Below are positions 11,601 through 24,795 of a stretch of 64,000 nucleotides of DNA, in pieces (position 1 is the stretch's first letter; each line of letters starts with the position of its first letter). The notes under the pieces were generated by a model. It was given only the letters and a program-made list of their open reading frames with translations. It was not told the DNA's origin and did no database searches. Source of the DNA: Negaprion brevirostris. Lineage: Eukaryota. The position numbers were made by a program, and so were the translations under genes. Where the stretch lies: the NCBI GenBank assembly GCA_030324005.1, contig JARDVH010000106.1, positions 45,229,237-45,293,236 of the forward strand, written 5' to 3'.

Positions 11601-14600
11601 TAAATAAACTACCAAATCATTTCATAACAGTCAAATTTAAAAAGTGGAAAAGTAGCTGGCCTTGAAAAAAATACATCCAGGAATTATTTTTTTTTTTTGG
11701 TAGCTCTCACTTTCATCACAAACCTAATTTATTTCTTTCTTTCGATGTTCTGTACAATGTTCCATTCTACAATGAGAGGACATGCCACCTTGTTCTATTT
11801 CCCTCCCCCACAAAAGCACTGCAATCTGATTCAAGGCAGGATGTGGCAGATTTGTTGTCCTCTTCTGCTGAATTTGTCTCAATCCCACTGGTGAAATGTG
11901 TTTGCTTGGTCTTTCCCTGATGGGCCATTCAGGAATGATGGGAAATTCAATAGGGGACAGCAGGATGTACAATTTCATGCCATAACTTTTGTTTTGGCAG
12001 CATTAGCCAGCAGCAACTTTCATTTCACTCACACACACTTTCATTTATATAGCTTTGTTTTAAATGGAAAAATGTCCCAGGGTGCTTCAGAGACATGAAT
12101 CCAAAGAAATTTGTTGTGTATTCAAAGGTGAATAGGGGTTGCCATTGTTTTGTTCCTCAGAAATGGATTTAACTGAAGTGATTTGCTTTCTCTACAGAGA
12201 TTTCAGTGACTTGCCTGTGCTTGTTTTTGAATTAATGATTTCAGCCACAATGACACAGGCTTGCAGTAAAAACATAATAGGCACTGAATACTCCCCATGC
12301 AGATTACTCAGAAGTACTTAAGTTTTCTTCCTTGCTTAATGCTGAACTATTCATAAAAATAAAACTGGTAAGCCTGTGACAGGGGTTGTGAAGGGGGAAA
12401 ATGAAGACCCTTGAAATAAATGGGGAGAGAAAATTCAGCAGGCATTTACCTTCATTTAAGAAATTTAAAGTAAGATAGTTTTGGAGCAAAATGTTCTCCA
12501 CAAAAGGTGAGGGTTGGTTCAACAGGCCTACTACCCTAGTTAAAATGTGGGATTGAAAAATCACGTACAGAACTGTGTGCAATCGACTGCCATTTAAGTG
12601 TGGAACAGCGAGCAAACTAAAGAGCAGTTGGATGCATCAAACAGTACTGGAGGGCTGGGTGCACAAACTCAACCCCAGGCAAGTTAAGCAATTTGAATAA
12701 AATAAATGCATATTTGCCTGAATTTGGATAAGAACAGCTGGTGAAGATTTTGATGACAAGTATGAAAAATGCTTATGTACATTTTTTTAAAACTAGCCTC
12801 TTTTCCTGAAGCTTGTTACTATCTTCCTCATTGTTTACTATCTTTCCAAGTTTCAAATCAAAGCAAATCTTGAAATAATGCCCTGCATACACAGATCAAG
12901 ATTATTAACATGTATCAGAAAGAACAATTGGTGCTAATACCGACCCCAGGTAGGAATTATCTGGGATGAACCCTGCACAATTTCTTCAAGTCTGAAGAAT
13001 ACTACTCTTTGCCTTTTGTGATTCAACAAATTTTGTATCTCTGTCAACAGTGCACCATTACTAGTGAGGACTTCAATTTTGCTAGAAAATCATGCAATAT
13101 ATTGTCAAATGTTTTTTCAAAGCATGGGCCCATAACTGCCAATCTTATGAGGATTTTACTCGGAAGTATCCCAGAATATGCAATGGGAGAATAATCCAAT
13201 GTTCCAATTTAAAATATGAAACTTTGGTTAGTTCCAATAGTCTTGCCAGAAATAGTTACCCAGGAGAAGTTAGAATTAAAACTGCTTCTAACTCCCATAG
13301 CAAGAGTACAGAGCCCCTTTTCCAACTAACCTCCATACACCCCAAATGATCAGTAAATCCAAGCCCCCTTCATACTCCTTCCATTCCCATCCCACCTCAT
13401 GTCTTTACACACTTATCTTCTCCCTGGGTTCTCAAAGTGGCTGGGACCTTTATCCACTGATGTGCTTTATGACAGCTCGTGCCATTAAAAAAAGGAGGGA
13501 ATGGTTTCCTTTCATCTGACTCTGCCATCCTTGATTGGAAACCTCAGGAAACCCGCTGCACTGTTTTCTCACCTTGTCCCAATAGGAAGGTCAAGGATGA
13601 AATCTGCAGCTACACTTCAGGGAAAAGCAGTGACAATCCAACTTTGATTGCAACTCCTTGGAAGTTCTGACCCACCGTACACAAAATAACAAACTCCTCC
13701 ATTACTTAAAATAACTCAATCAAGTTAGTTAAACACAAACTGTCTTTAACAAGCTGCCGTTGACTCCCATTTATTAGGGAATGCTTTGCCAAATGCCAAT
13801 TTATTTTGACCTGGCTATATTTTTCCCCAGCACTGATGCCAGGTTCACCAGGTTTATCCCTCTCCTTTTTTAAACAAGTTGCAGATTTTCAATCCTCCAG
13901 TCCTCTTGCATCCCTGACCAGCACATCATCTATTTTTGTTTTGGCAATTCCTTTAACTATGTGAGGCCTGTATTTTTTTTTGTCACATACTAACAGCAAC
14001 TTACGGGACCAACTTGCATGTCACTTGCGTGGGAACTTTCAGGTTGTTGTGTGTTTGTGATTAGAGGGAACATTATCCATCATTCACTCCCATATCCAAG
14101 GAAGATTTGATCCATAATCTATGCAATTTTCACCATTATATCCCTTAGTAATATAGGGTTACATTCTACAGTCTCCCTGTGGCATGTTTCTCGGCAGCAG
14201 AAGCTGATCTTGTCGTCAGCGGTGCGATCTTCTGATCCCACTATTCTAAATGGGATTTCCCACTAGATCCACCCACATTAGTGGGAAACATATGGAGTTG
14301 GTACGTCGCTGTCAGGATGAGAAGATCCTGCTAATGTGGACAGCCGAAAGATGTTTCCCATCTTGAGAGAGGTAGAAATGACTTTTCTGATCCTCTTCAT
14401 TTTAATTCTATTTTTGTCCAATATTGTACATAATATTTTCAAATGTGATTTGGCAATAATCTACATCAGGTTGCATTAACTTGTAGCAAAATGCCCTTGA
14501 AATGCATCAAGCTAAACAAGTAATATGTTTATAAATGGCTTTATGATGGATTATCTCATAACATTTTATTTTTCCATCTTGATCAATTACATCCTTTTAT

Positions 14601-16099
14601 TGTGAATGTTTTATTTTTTGTGCTCCAACATGCATAACCTTATATCCATCCTAATTAAACTTCATCTTTAGCTTACGCCAAATACTTGATTGTTGGTACA
14701 TATATTACATTAAAAGAACTTTGCTGCCTTGGTTAATGCAGTGAAGGCTAAATGACATACCAGATAGCATCCCAAGTGTTCTTGCATTTAAGATTTTAGG
14801 TTAGGCGCCTGACATAATATGGGCTCTTTCTATTGCAGTGGTGGTGTCTCATTGATGAGATCTTGATACTTGTGTGTTTAAACATGAACACATTTATTGG
14901 TAAGCTTCAACTATTTACATTTGCAAAGTATGGTCATGCATGATGTTGCTCCACCATGCAGGCTAGTTGCTTACAAAATTGTGTGTCAGGACTGTTCTAA
15001 CATGTGACTACAGATGTCACACCATGGGCGGTGCCACCTTCCAGTCTCATGTTGAAGATACTCGATAGAGAAAAAGTTGTTATAATGCATACATGTGGCA
15101 ACACCACAATATACAGTCAAAAGATCTTCCAAAATATTTTTAGTTAGTGTATTTTCAGACCTTGAAATTATATGAGTGCTATAAAGAAACATTATTTCAA
15201 GGTGATATATTACAATGGAAAGCAAAGGTCTCTTACCTCAATTGTTCAATGCATAAACTGAAAGAAAATCCCTATATAATGATATTCATAACCATTTCAG
15301 GATTGCTGAAGAATTATAGAAATTAAAATGGAGAAAGAGCATTTGGCTTTTTGCACCTGAACTGCCATTTACTCTCATCTCAATTCCCCTCTTCTTTCTC
15401 CGTGTCCTTTTTCACATAGTTAACCAATTCAATATTATCACGGCAAAATTGATTAGTAAAATTTTCTTCTTGTAGCCTTTAGGTGTGATAAGATCATGGT
15501 GTTGATATGAGTGACATTTGATCCATTATTAATGGCTTTTATTAAGCCTCTGCTCCTCTGAAAAGTCAATTTTCTAAATTGCATTTATTGCTACCAATGG
15601 CAGAATATTAATTGAGTAGTTTAAGCCAATTCTACTTAATCTGATCCCTTCTATTCTCAAAAGATTTCTTTTGAAGAAACACAATAAAAGGTTCCGATTA
15701 GGAAAGGATTTCAAAATATTCTTCACATTTTGCTACAGTTGTTCATCTGAAGTCAAAAGAACAAAAGTAGTCTAGTTATGATTTTTCTTGTTATTAAATA
15801 CAATTAAAAAGTAAAGATAATTTAATGACTCAGTAGTATCTGAATACTTCAAAATCTAGGATCGAGTTGAATAATCAGAAGATAAAATGGTCAGGCATCC
15901 AGTCCCTGCAAACAACCATCATTCTGTTTGTCTCAGAGTGAATTTCACCATGAACTACATTGGCTGTCAAACAGATTCCTAGAACTGCTGCGACCTGTGC
16001 CCACTGTGAATTCCAATCATCTGCTGTCACTCCATTCAAAATGGACACATGTTCCAGCAGAAAGAATGAGCGGATCCACATTTTAACAATGCTTCCCTG

Positions 16100-18170
16100 C
16101 AAATTTTACTCTGGGCCGTCTGGGAACAGAGGGAGTTGCTGCTTCTCAGTGATAGCATCAGGAGACTTCTCATGCTTGAATAAGGTGACCATTACTAGCG
16201 TAGAATCCACGTGAAAATAAATGCCATAAGAGAGTTAACTAACTCCTGTGCTCCGCTAGGGTGAGTGGCACTCAGTGAAATTGAAAACTATGTAAATGTG
16301 CAAGTGGAGAGGTATGCAGGCACCAAATTGAGTTCTTGGCAGAAGACTGGGTTCTAAGCCTCAGCACCAAATGAAGCATGTGGACTGAATATGTAAAAGT
16401 TTCACCAGTTGCAGGAGAGTATCTGTGCGGAACACCTCCTCGGAAGGAAACATTAGCTGTCNNNNNNNNNNAAAGAGAGCAGAATATCAGGAAGTACTCA
16501 AAGACTAGTGGCGATATACCTCCTCTATGCATATTGAGCCCTGCAGAGGAGGAAGCAGCCAATCAAGGTGAGGACTCGAGCAGATACTTAGTTGTGGACA
16601 GCAAGGCCAAAATGCCAACATTAAAAAAAAGTGGATATTTGCAACCTGATATCAAAAATTGGACATATTGAAGACTGGGAAAAAGGGTTGTGCATGAGCT
16701 CAAGTTAATTCTGTGTTCTCCAATGCAGACAGTCACAATCAGGGGGCCTACTGCACACAGACTGTAGCAAGCCAGAACTTGACCTTTGTGAATGATGACA
16801 TGCAACACTCAGAGGCTGCACTGTTATATCATTGTTTCTGCATTGCTGGAATGTGTGGGCAGTCACCTTTGTGAGAATGTGTTCATAATCAGGCTCACAG
16901 TCACAATCTGCTGAACACTTCATAGACGTGTTTTAGCAGCTAATGGAGGATCTAACGGCTCTAACAAATTATAGAGGCTACGCACTGCCTTGAGTGAATG
17001 GTGGAGAATTCAATCCAAGCATTAGTTCTGTCAAAACTCCGATATGAGAGCGCATGGTTTACTCCACGGAGGAGTTGGCAGCTTGTAGAAAACTCAGTGG
17101 ATTCTGGGCATGTGCTTTGACCTGCATTCCATTGTTCTGGTCATGGGCTTGAATGCACCGTTGGTTCAGTGAAAGGAGAAAGAGGCATTGTTTTCACTCT
17201 TCTGGTATCCCTCCTCTTCCTATGGTCAGAGGGATGTTATTCCTGGAAGCTATCACGTTTTCCCCTTTTCCTTCTTCATCTTTGACCTCCCTCCATCTTC
17301 CTTGACCCTACACCCATCACCAGTACCTGGCCTTGTGACCCTCGAATAATCTATCGCCACCCTTGATCAACTCTGAGAGCCCACAGATGGCCCTTGGCAT
17401 CCTGGACCTAGCTACTGTTATCTTCAGACCCAAATCAACACCCTTAACTTGGCCTTGGCTACCTCGATTCTTAAAATCTCAACATTGACTTTCCCACAAT
17501 ATTCCTTGATCTTGCTCTATTATGTTTGATCTGCATTCGGTAGAGATTGACCTTCTCTCTGTCATCCAGTGCCGTTGTGCTGACCCCCATGGTACTCTCT
17601 AGGCCCACTGTGATCCATCCTCCTTTCCAAGAACAACCTTGGGGTGGTTATGACTCGATCTCCCTGCCTTGGGTAGCTGGGCTCTGACCTCCTTGGACTG
17701 CCACCAGCGCCTCTTCCACAGACAGCAATGCCTCAAGCTCCCTGTAAAACTGCCGCTTGAGCTTAATGTAACAATTCAGCCTCCTCTCCCGGTCTTAAAA
17801 AGATTCCCCATACAAGAAAAGCAGCTTCCACTGACTCCAAATCTGAAAATTGCTTCACCTTCTGCACATCACTTTTAATCATGTGTGAATCTGGAGGCAC
17901 ATGTTTCTCATTTGCAGCTAACTTGATTGCAAATATACAATTTAATCTGACGACCATGTGTTTTAATGAGTACGCATGACATGTTAATGCATTAAAAATA
18001 GGTCCCTGACACTTGCCTTCGGGAACCACAATCCGCCCTTAATCCACCACCTACCTACTTCCCAACTTTCATCCTCCTGCTGAGAAGTTGACATTTCACC
18101 TCCCGCACAATTAAGTGCCTCCGCCTGCCTCATTTCCTGCTGCTGGGGAGTATTATTAGATTCCACGTCA
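16100..18170. mobile_element. Decayed DNA-transposon-like remnant (possibly Harbinger-type)
   Basis: The part near 17050-17160 is loosely similar to 36700-36830. Contains a degenerate C/T-rich internal repeat and no intact ORF. Confidence 0.35.
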
Positions 18171-18367
18171 TTTCACAGTACAAGCCCTGCAATATCTCAC
18201 TCAAGCAGCCACACTGAATTATGTAGAAATAGAAGTACTACACAAAAATGATCCGTTCAGCCCAGTCTGTGTCTGTATTTACCCTTCATCCAAGANNNNN
18301 NNNNNCTTTAGTTGTGAGCAGGAATAGTACATTATAATTCAAAATAGATGCCAGGGTGCACTTGTTT

Positions 18368-18535
18368 CATAGGAGTCCCTACAGCGCAGAAGGAAGCCAT
18401 TTGGATCATCGAGTCTGCACCAACCACAACCCTACATAGGCCTTATACCCTGACATATTTATGCTGATAATTCTCCTGACACTAAGGGGCAACTTACCAT
18501 GATCAATCAACCTATCATGCACATCTTTGGAGTGT
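18368..18535 (-). mobile_element. HE1-type SINE 3' portion
   Basis: Reverse complement of the 3' half of the SINE at 41221-41510. Confidence 0.75.
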
Positions 18536-18734
18536 CATTCATTTCACCATATAACAAGGGTCCAAGGATTGGATTAGTTGACACCTGGGGCCATGTAAAA
18601 TAATGTGATTTTAACACTTGCAAAGGTAACTTAAGGTAATAGATGGTGCAAGTTGAAACAGTGACAGGTATCAGTCAAAGATGGGAAAACATGTAATATA
18701 CCTGTAAGAAAATCACTTGCACATTAACAACTGT

Positions 18735-19110
18735 TTTTTTCATTTATATGTGGGACTTGGGCGTCGCTTGTTGGCTACCCAACCCTAGTTGCCCTTGAAA
18801 CTGAATGGCTTATTAGGCCATTTCAGAGTGCAATTGAGAGTCAACCACATTGCTGTGGCTCTGGAGCCACATATAGGCCAGACCAGGTAAAGATGGCAGA
18901 TTTCCTTCCTTAAAGGACATTAGTGAGCCAGGTGGGTTTTTCCAACAAACAATGGTTTCATCGTCATCAATACATTCTTAATTACAGATATTTTTTCTTG
19001 AATTCAAATTCTGCCATCACCAGTGGCAGGATTCGAACCCAGGTCTCCAGAACATTAGCTGTCTGGGGTAATATCTGGCGATAATACCACAAAGCCATTG
19101 CCTTCTCCTC
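18735..19110 (-). mobile_element. tRNA-headed SINE with LINE-derived tail
   Basis: Pol III B box GGTTCGAATCC on the minus strand near 19029-19039. The tail resembles the LINE 3' end near 59340. Confidence 0.75.
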
Positions 19111-20604
19111 AAAAGCTTCATGATTAGGCTCAAGGTCACAAATGTCCCTCTTCCTGCTGCTTTTTTATCTCAACACTTATCATAGGGGAACTGCAAAAAA
19201 AAGCATCAACATTTTGGTGTTACAGGTCTTTGATGAGTTAGTCAAATCAATCTTTGTTTTCTCTTCTGAAATTTCTAGCATCACGAGTCAGGTTTTAAAC
19301 AAAAACATTGCTACAAATCAAATAAACTGATTTTTCATATTTCACATAATTAAATTTGGCAATTGACTTGCATATTATGTCTGAAAGTTGGAGGACTCGA
19401 TCTTTCCCAAATACTGAGAAATGAATGAAACACAAGACAGGCCCACAATAACCCTAAACAATGCACTTGCCAAATTGTTACTTCTGTCACCTACAAGCTA
19501 ACAAGTAAAATATCAACATTGTAAACATGGAAAATGTGCAAAAGTTTTCCAAATCAGTTCATGTGATGGATAAAAGGATCAAGTACATTTCACAATATTG
19601 AAAGAGTAGCCACGTATGATAACAATGTGTAAATGTTTTATCTTTTTTCCTTGCTCTTATGTATTTAATCTGGACATCTATTAAGGTGCCAGTTCTGAAG
19701 TATTTTTGAGTACTCTTGGGGGGCAGCGGGAAGGGAGGATGGGTATGGACACTTGGTTGCATTCCAATTGCCTAATCATTTTGCAGGCACTTGGGTCTAT
19801 TTACATGGGTAGTTGAAGAGTCTGATTTTTTACTTGTAGAATTTTATGGGCTATTCAACCACTTCCTATTGTAATAGTATGACTTATAAGTTCTGCGCAC
19901 AAAGTAGATAATATATCAGGAGAGCAAAGGTGAAGGAGTGAGGTGCNNNNNNNNNNNNNNNNNNNNNNNNNNNNNNNNNNNNNNNNNNNNNNNNNNNNNN
20001 NNNNNNNNNNNNNNNNNNNNNNNNNNNNNNNNNNNNNNNNNNNNNNNNNNNNNNNNNNNNNNNNNNNNNNNNNNNNNNNNNNNNNNNNNNNNNNNNNNNN
20101 NNNNNNNNNNNNNNNNNNNNNNNNNNNNNNNNNNNNNNNNNNNNNNNNNNNNNNNNNNNNNNNNNNNNNNNNNNNNNNNNNNNNNNNNNNNNNNNNNNNN
20201 NNNNNNNNNNNNNNNNNNNNNNNNNNNNNNNNNNNNNNNNNNNNNNNNNNNNNNNNNNNNNNNNNNNNNNNNNNNNNNNNNNNNNNNNNNNNNNNNNNNN
20301 NNNNNNNNNNNNNNNNNNNNNNNNNNNNNNNNNNNNNNNNNNNNNNNNNNNNNNNNNNNNNNNNNNNNNNNNNNNNNNNNNNNNNNNNNNNNNNNNNNNN
20401 NNNNNNNNNNNNNNNNNNNNNNNNNNNNNNNNNNNNNNNNNNNNNNNNNNNNNNNNNNNNNNNNNNNNNNNNNNNNNNNNNNNNNNNNNNNNNNNNNNNN
20501 NNNNNNNNNNNNNNNNNNNNNNNNNNNNNNNNNNNNNNNNNNNNNNNNNNNNNNNNNNNNNNNNNNNNNNNNNNNNNNNNNNNNNNNNNNNNNNNNTTAT
20601 ATTG

Positions 20605-21040
20605 TAATGGATGAATTCCTGGAGTGAATTTGAGATTTACTTTTGGACTAGTGTGTTGAGGAACAAACTTGGAAACAATCTGTCTTAGATTTAGTATTAT
20701 GCAATGAGAAAAGGTTAACTAGTAATCTTATTGTATGAGATCTTTAGGGATCAGTGATCATAACATGATAGAATTCTTCAGTAGGATGGAAAATGAAGTC
20801 CAATCTGAATCAAGAATAGAGGAAGCTATAAAACTCAGCAGTTCTAGCAACATCTGTAAGGAGAGAAAACAGTTAACAAATCTGAAACTAATCCAATGTG
20901 AAACTGGGATCCTAAATCTATACAAAAGGTTTCAAAAGTATAGGAGTATGATTTTGAGAAAGAGGATGAACTACGATCATATTGAATGGTGGAACAGGCT
21001 CAAAAGGCCAAATACCAGCTCCTGTTTTCTATATTTCTAA
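20605..21040 (+). mobile_element. CR1 LINE fragments (endonuclease region and 3' tail)
   Basis: Encodes VLDLVLCNEKRL and LGISDHNMIEF, the APE endonuclease SDH motif. Confidence 0.8.
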
Positions 21041-21399
21041 AAATGAAATATACAGGTAAAGGAAATTCATTTATATATTTTATATATAATTTGTATATAT
21101 ACTTTCATAGTTTGATAAAATGGATAGAACCATATAGTACCAACCCCAAAGAATGAGAAAAATTCTCAAATACTTGAGTAATAAAAATGGAACTGTACTT
21201 CGCTATTGAAAAACATTGACTTGAATGTTATCGCCTACATGATGTACACACCTCTATTGTTTGAAGAGAGTATATTCCACCCACTTGCTGTATGCTAATT
21301 GCTTGTGGGTTAATGGTATTGTTAGATCAATGATAGAATAATTTCACATTCAAATGCATTAAACTACTGAACCCATGACCATTAAATTCTAGGATAATA

Positions 21400-21520
21400 G
21401 GCAGGATTTTACAACCTCGTCCTGAAACCATAAAATCCCGCCTGAGGTCAACAGATCTTTCCATTGTCCACTCCTCACCCGCTCTGATTCATGTGGTGGG
21501 TGGGGCAGTAAAATTCCAGC
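21400..21520. mobile_element. Short MITE
   Basis: Imperfect terminal inverted repeats ggcaggattttac...gtaaaattccagcc; a related copy lies near 9297-9400. Confidence 0.6.
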
Positions 21521-23164
21521 CGTAGTGTTTGATGAAGTATGAACATTTTCTTGTGGTTGTCTATGCAAATAGGATGTTCCTACACTAAGATTGCCTATGA
21601 AGACAACAATACAGTGGCATTCCTTGCAAATGGCGGTACAAACAGTAATTTATTTACTGATTGGAAATTTGTGAGCGCTGATAGTTCTGCAAGTCTGAAA
21701 ATAGCAAGCAGACAGCTGGAAAAGGAACATTACAACATTAAGCACAGAGACATTAGCATGGATCACCCGGTAGGGTACTAACATCTACATAAGTGTAGTC
21801 AATAACATTTGTTTAGAAACATAAAACATTAAATGACCTAACAATCTCTGTAAACACACATTTGGATTTTGCTGCATCAGTGAGCCACAAGTTTGACTTT
21901 ACAAACAAGCTCATCTGTAAATAAACATTTCAGTAGCTTCCAGCAAAACAGATTAAATACACAACTAAAAAGGGCTTCCAAATAATGCACATTATCCGAC
22001 AGAAGTGTGGAATAGACCAGTTCATTGGATACACACCATATCAAGGCCACATACATTTTAAAAGGTTGCATTCACCCAACAGCCCTTTTAATGTAAAGCT
22101 TTGTTTTGCAACAAGGTTGAACTTTCACATCTACATTTCTTGATGCAGTGAAACTGCCCTAGTTACACAAACCATTGTTGTATGCACATAAGAAATTTGC
22201 ATGCAATACATGTGTGCACAGAATACTTATATCATTTCACTCGTTTTTTTAATGGCAGCAGGTGGTGGGAAATAAATCTATCAATTTTTATTTTTTTCAA
22301 AACAGCTCATAATTTTACTCCATTCGGGCAATTACTACTCCTGGAGCCAATTTCACTTGTTTATACTTGAATTCTTCACAGCAAGAATGCAGAAAGAACA
22401 ATATCTATGAATTCACACTTTATATAATTTTACACATGCCACAGGCACAGCAAAGCAGCAATGTGACACCAGGGGTGGAAAGAACACAAAACAAGCTTTA
22501 TTTATCACTAACAGCACAGTACTATAGTGTCAGTTACAGAATACTATAGCTAACGATTGCCAACCAGACCAGCTGCTGTTATAATAAGGCCTAATTTTAC
22601 AATCTGCCTAAATGTCTCAGCAACACCTCTGTTATAAATTGCCTCTCACGCTAGAATTAAAATTGCACCAAAAGCAGTTTTACTGAGCCAGAATTTTTTG
22701 TTTTGTACTTCTTACTCTGCAACAAAATGGACAATTCTAAATGAGAGGCCACATTTTCGTTTGATTGTGTCAAATGAAAATTTGATCTTTCATTAAATGT
22801 CAAACCTACTAATAAAATCCCATTAACAAGTGGCTTACAGCTGGGCCATTCCCAACAACATGCTTGTAAAAAATGAAAAGAAATCATCAAGTCCATGCAA
22901 TATCATCATACTTAAATGGTGGACAATCCACTTAGCTTCTATAAATTTTGTTAAGCTTTTTCATCCTTTAACACTGTTACCATTGGTCCATGGGTTTTGC
23001 ACAATGAAAAATCCATTATATGGACTCAGTCTGTACAGTGGAGGCACACAAAAAATTGAGGGGAGAATATGGGTACAAACAACATGAAGAACAGCAGGAG
23101 AGAATGGAGAAAATAGAAAGACCCTGAATTTGGATAGCTGATTTCTCAGTGGTGCAAAAACAAC

Positions 23165-23645
23165 CAAATATTTTTGAAATGAAGCTGTAATGTAGGAAAA
23201 TGTAGCAGCTAACTTGCATGTAGCAAGGTCTCAATACATCATCATGAATACCAAACAATTTATTTTTGGCAGTACTTGAGGGATAATTATTTGCTAAGAT
23301 ACATGAAGAATTTTCTTGCTCTTCTTCAAATAGTGCCATAGGATATTTTGCATCAATTAAAAAGTAGAGAGAATTCAGGATTTCATCTGAAAGGTAACAC
23401 TTCAGAGAATGTTACATTCCCTTGGTAGCCGAAACTATGGGCTGAATTTTTGTCTCCCAAGGTTGAACAAACTGATAATATACAATAGGACGATGAAATG
23501 GAAGGCGTGCAGGGCCACGATTTTAACTTTCTCCAGCGACTTCTGCCATTTTCATTGGGTCAAGAAATATGGCAGATTATTGTCCCATTGTATTAAGTCT
23601 CAAGGGCAAGGCTTGAACCCATGACTTCCGACTCAGAAGAGAAAA
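23165..23645 (-). mobile_element. DeuSINE (SacSINE1/AmnSINE-like), interrupted by an insertion at ~23435-23585
   Basis: Minus strand contains the Deu-domain-like sequence tatggcactatttgaagaagagcaaga...ttatccctcaa. A tRNA-like head lies at ~23595-23645. Confidence 0.7.
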
Positions 23646-23649
23646 TATT

Positions 23650-23690
23650 AGCTCTGATGAAGGGTCATGTAGACGCAAAATGTTGGCTCG
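23650..23690 (+). ncRNA. Decayed minimal hammerhead ribozyme motif in a second Penelope-type repeat end
   Basis: agct CTGATGA agggtc atgta gacgc AAAA tg tt ggct. Helix I (agct/ggct) and helix II are present, but GAAACG has decayed to AAAATG. Confidence 0.5.
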
Positions 23691-24607
23691 ATTCTCTCCC
23701 CACGTATTCTATCAGATCTATTGAGATTTTTCTGTTTATGTGTGAGAAAGTGCAAGCATTCAGTCAAGAGTGACACTTGATAACATAGCCTAATATTTAC
23801 TAATTAGAAGTTTTGTTGCAGCATTCTTGTTAGTAGGTGTCACATGGTGATTAATAACATAGCTCAACACAGCACAGTTTAAATGTTCCCACTGTATATT
23901 TGTAATAACAACTGTGCTGTGTAAAACCTTTTAATGAGAAGGTTGCGGACACCCCTGAACTAATATATTGCTGGCGCAAGACAAATGATATGAAATGATT
24001 CCCCACAGAAAGGATGGGGGGGGGTGGGGGGAGAAAGAAAATCAGAAGAGGTTCTCCAGGCCCCACTCTAAGCACTGCCTTGGCATGAGCAAATGGAAAT
24101 AAACAAATCATTTACTCACCCTTTCCTGCTGAAAATTCTACAGGTCACTCTGATTCAACCCAAACTGATGAGAAATGAGAAAAAGGGAACAAAATCATAA
24201 TGAAGTTTCCCATCAATTCTTTCCTGTGGATTAGCAATTTAAATTTATGGCACTGTGGTCTGATAAATTGCTTGATTTGAACAATACTAAATTTGTCAAC
24301 CATTCTACAATTGCAGGCACAAAAAGCTGAGCTGTGTACCCCATCAGTGATTCATGGGAAGTGGCCTAGACTGATAGCAGTAATGAGGTTGGGTTTAGAG
24401 CCAATTTACAAGAAGAAATTCTTGCAAGAAAGCACCGGTGCTTCAAAAAAAAAGAGAGTTTTCCAGCATTGAAAGAGTACCGAAGACTTGGCAACAGTAG
24501 TATAGGTAGAGGTAGGGATAAATCAAAAGTGACAGTAGGGGTTTGGTGGGGTTAAGTAGATGTACACAGATTGGCATGAATTTGCCAACACATCTAGTGA
24601 TAATAGC

Positions 24608-24779
24608 TGTAGATAGGGTATCATGTAGATGCTTTCATGATGCGAGTTCATAAGGAGTCATGTGTCGCTAGGATGGAACTTCTCCCCAGAGCATGGCAGA
24701 GTGGGCTGCTCAGAATATTCAAGAAATTGTTATTGTTCTAAGCCCTTGGTCACCAGTCAATGGAACCACCACTTCTACA
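24608..24779 (+). repeat. 5' LTR of Gypsy element
   Basis: tgtaga...ctaca; aligns with 28258-28423 through shared blocks gtcatgtgt, ttgttctaag and tggaac. Confidence 0.8.
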
Positions 24780-24795
24780 CGGCGTCAGAAGTTGG
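24780..24795 (+). other. Primer binding site (tRNA-Leu-like)
   Basis: cggcgtcagaagttgg directly follows the LTR and resembles TGGTGTCAGAAGTGGG, complementary to a tRNA-Leu 3' end. Confidence 0.65.

Noticed and set aside
11697-12615. Cluster of overlapping short ORFs
   Set aside because: No recognisable protein motif or consistent exon structure; expected by chance.
13090-13190. Minus-strand peptide PIAYSGILPSKILIRLAVMG, resembling NANS exon 5 (PIGYSGHETGIAISVAAVALG)
   Set aside because: It lacks the HE residues and DKTWKGSDH, has an in-frame stop just upstream, and has no acceptor AG at the expected position. Most likely chance.
19010-19110. tRNA-like A/B boxes (also at ~8360, ~27100, ~41260 and ~48530)
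   Set aside because: These are SINE heads followed by SINE bodies; none forms a complete tRNA cloverleaf.
19938-20627. Long ORFs of 220-330 aa here and at 34284-35279
   Set aside because: They are open only because they run through N gaps.
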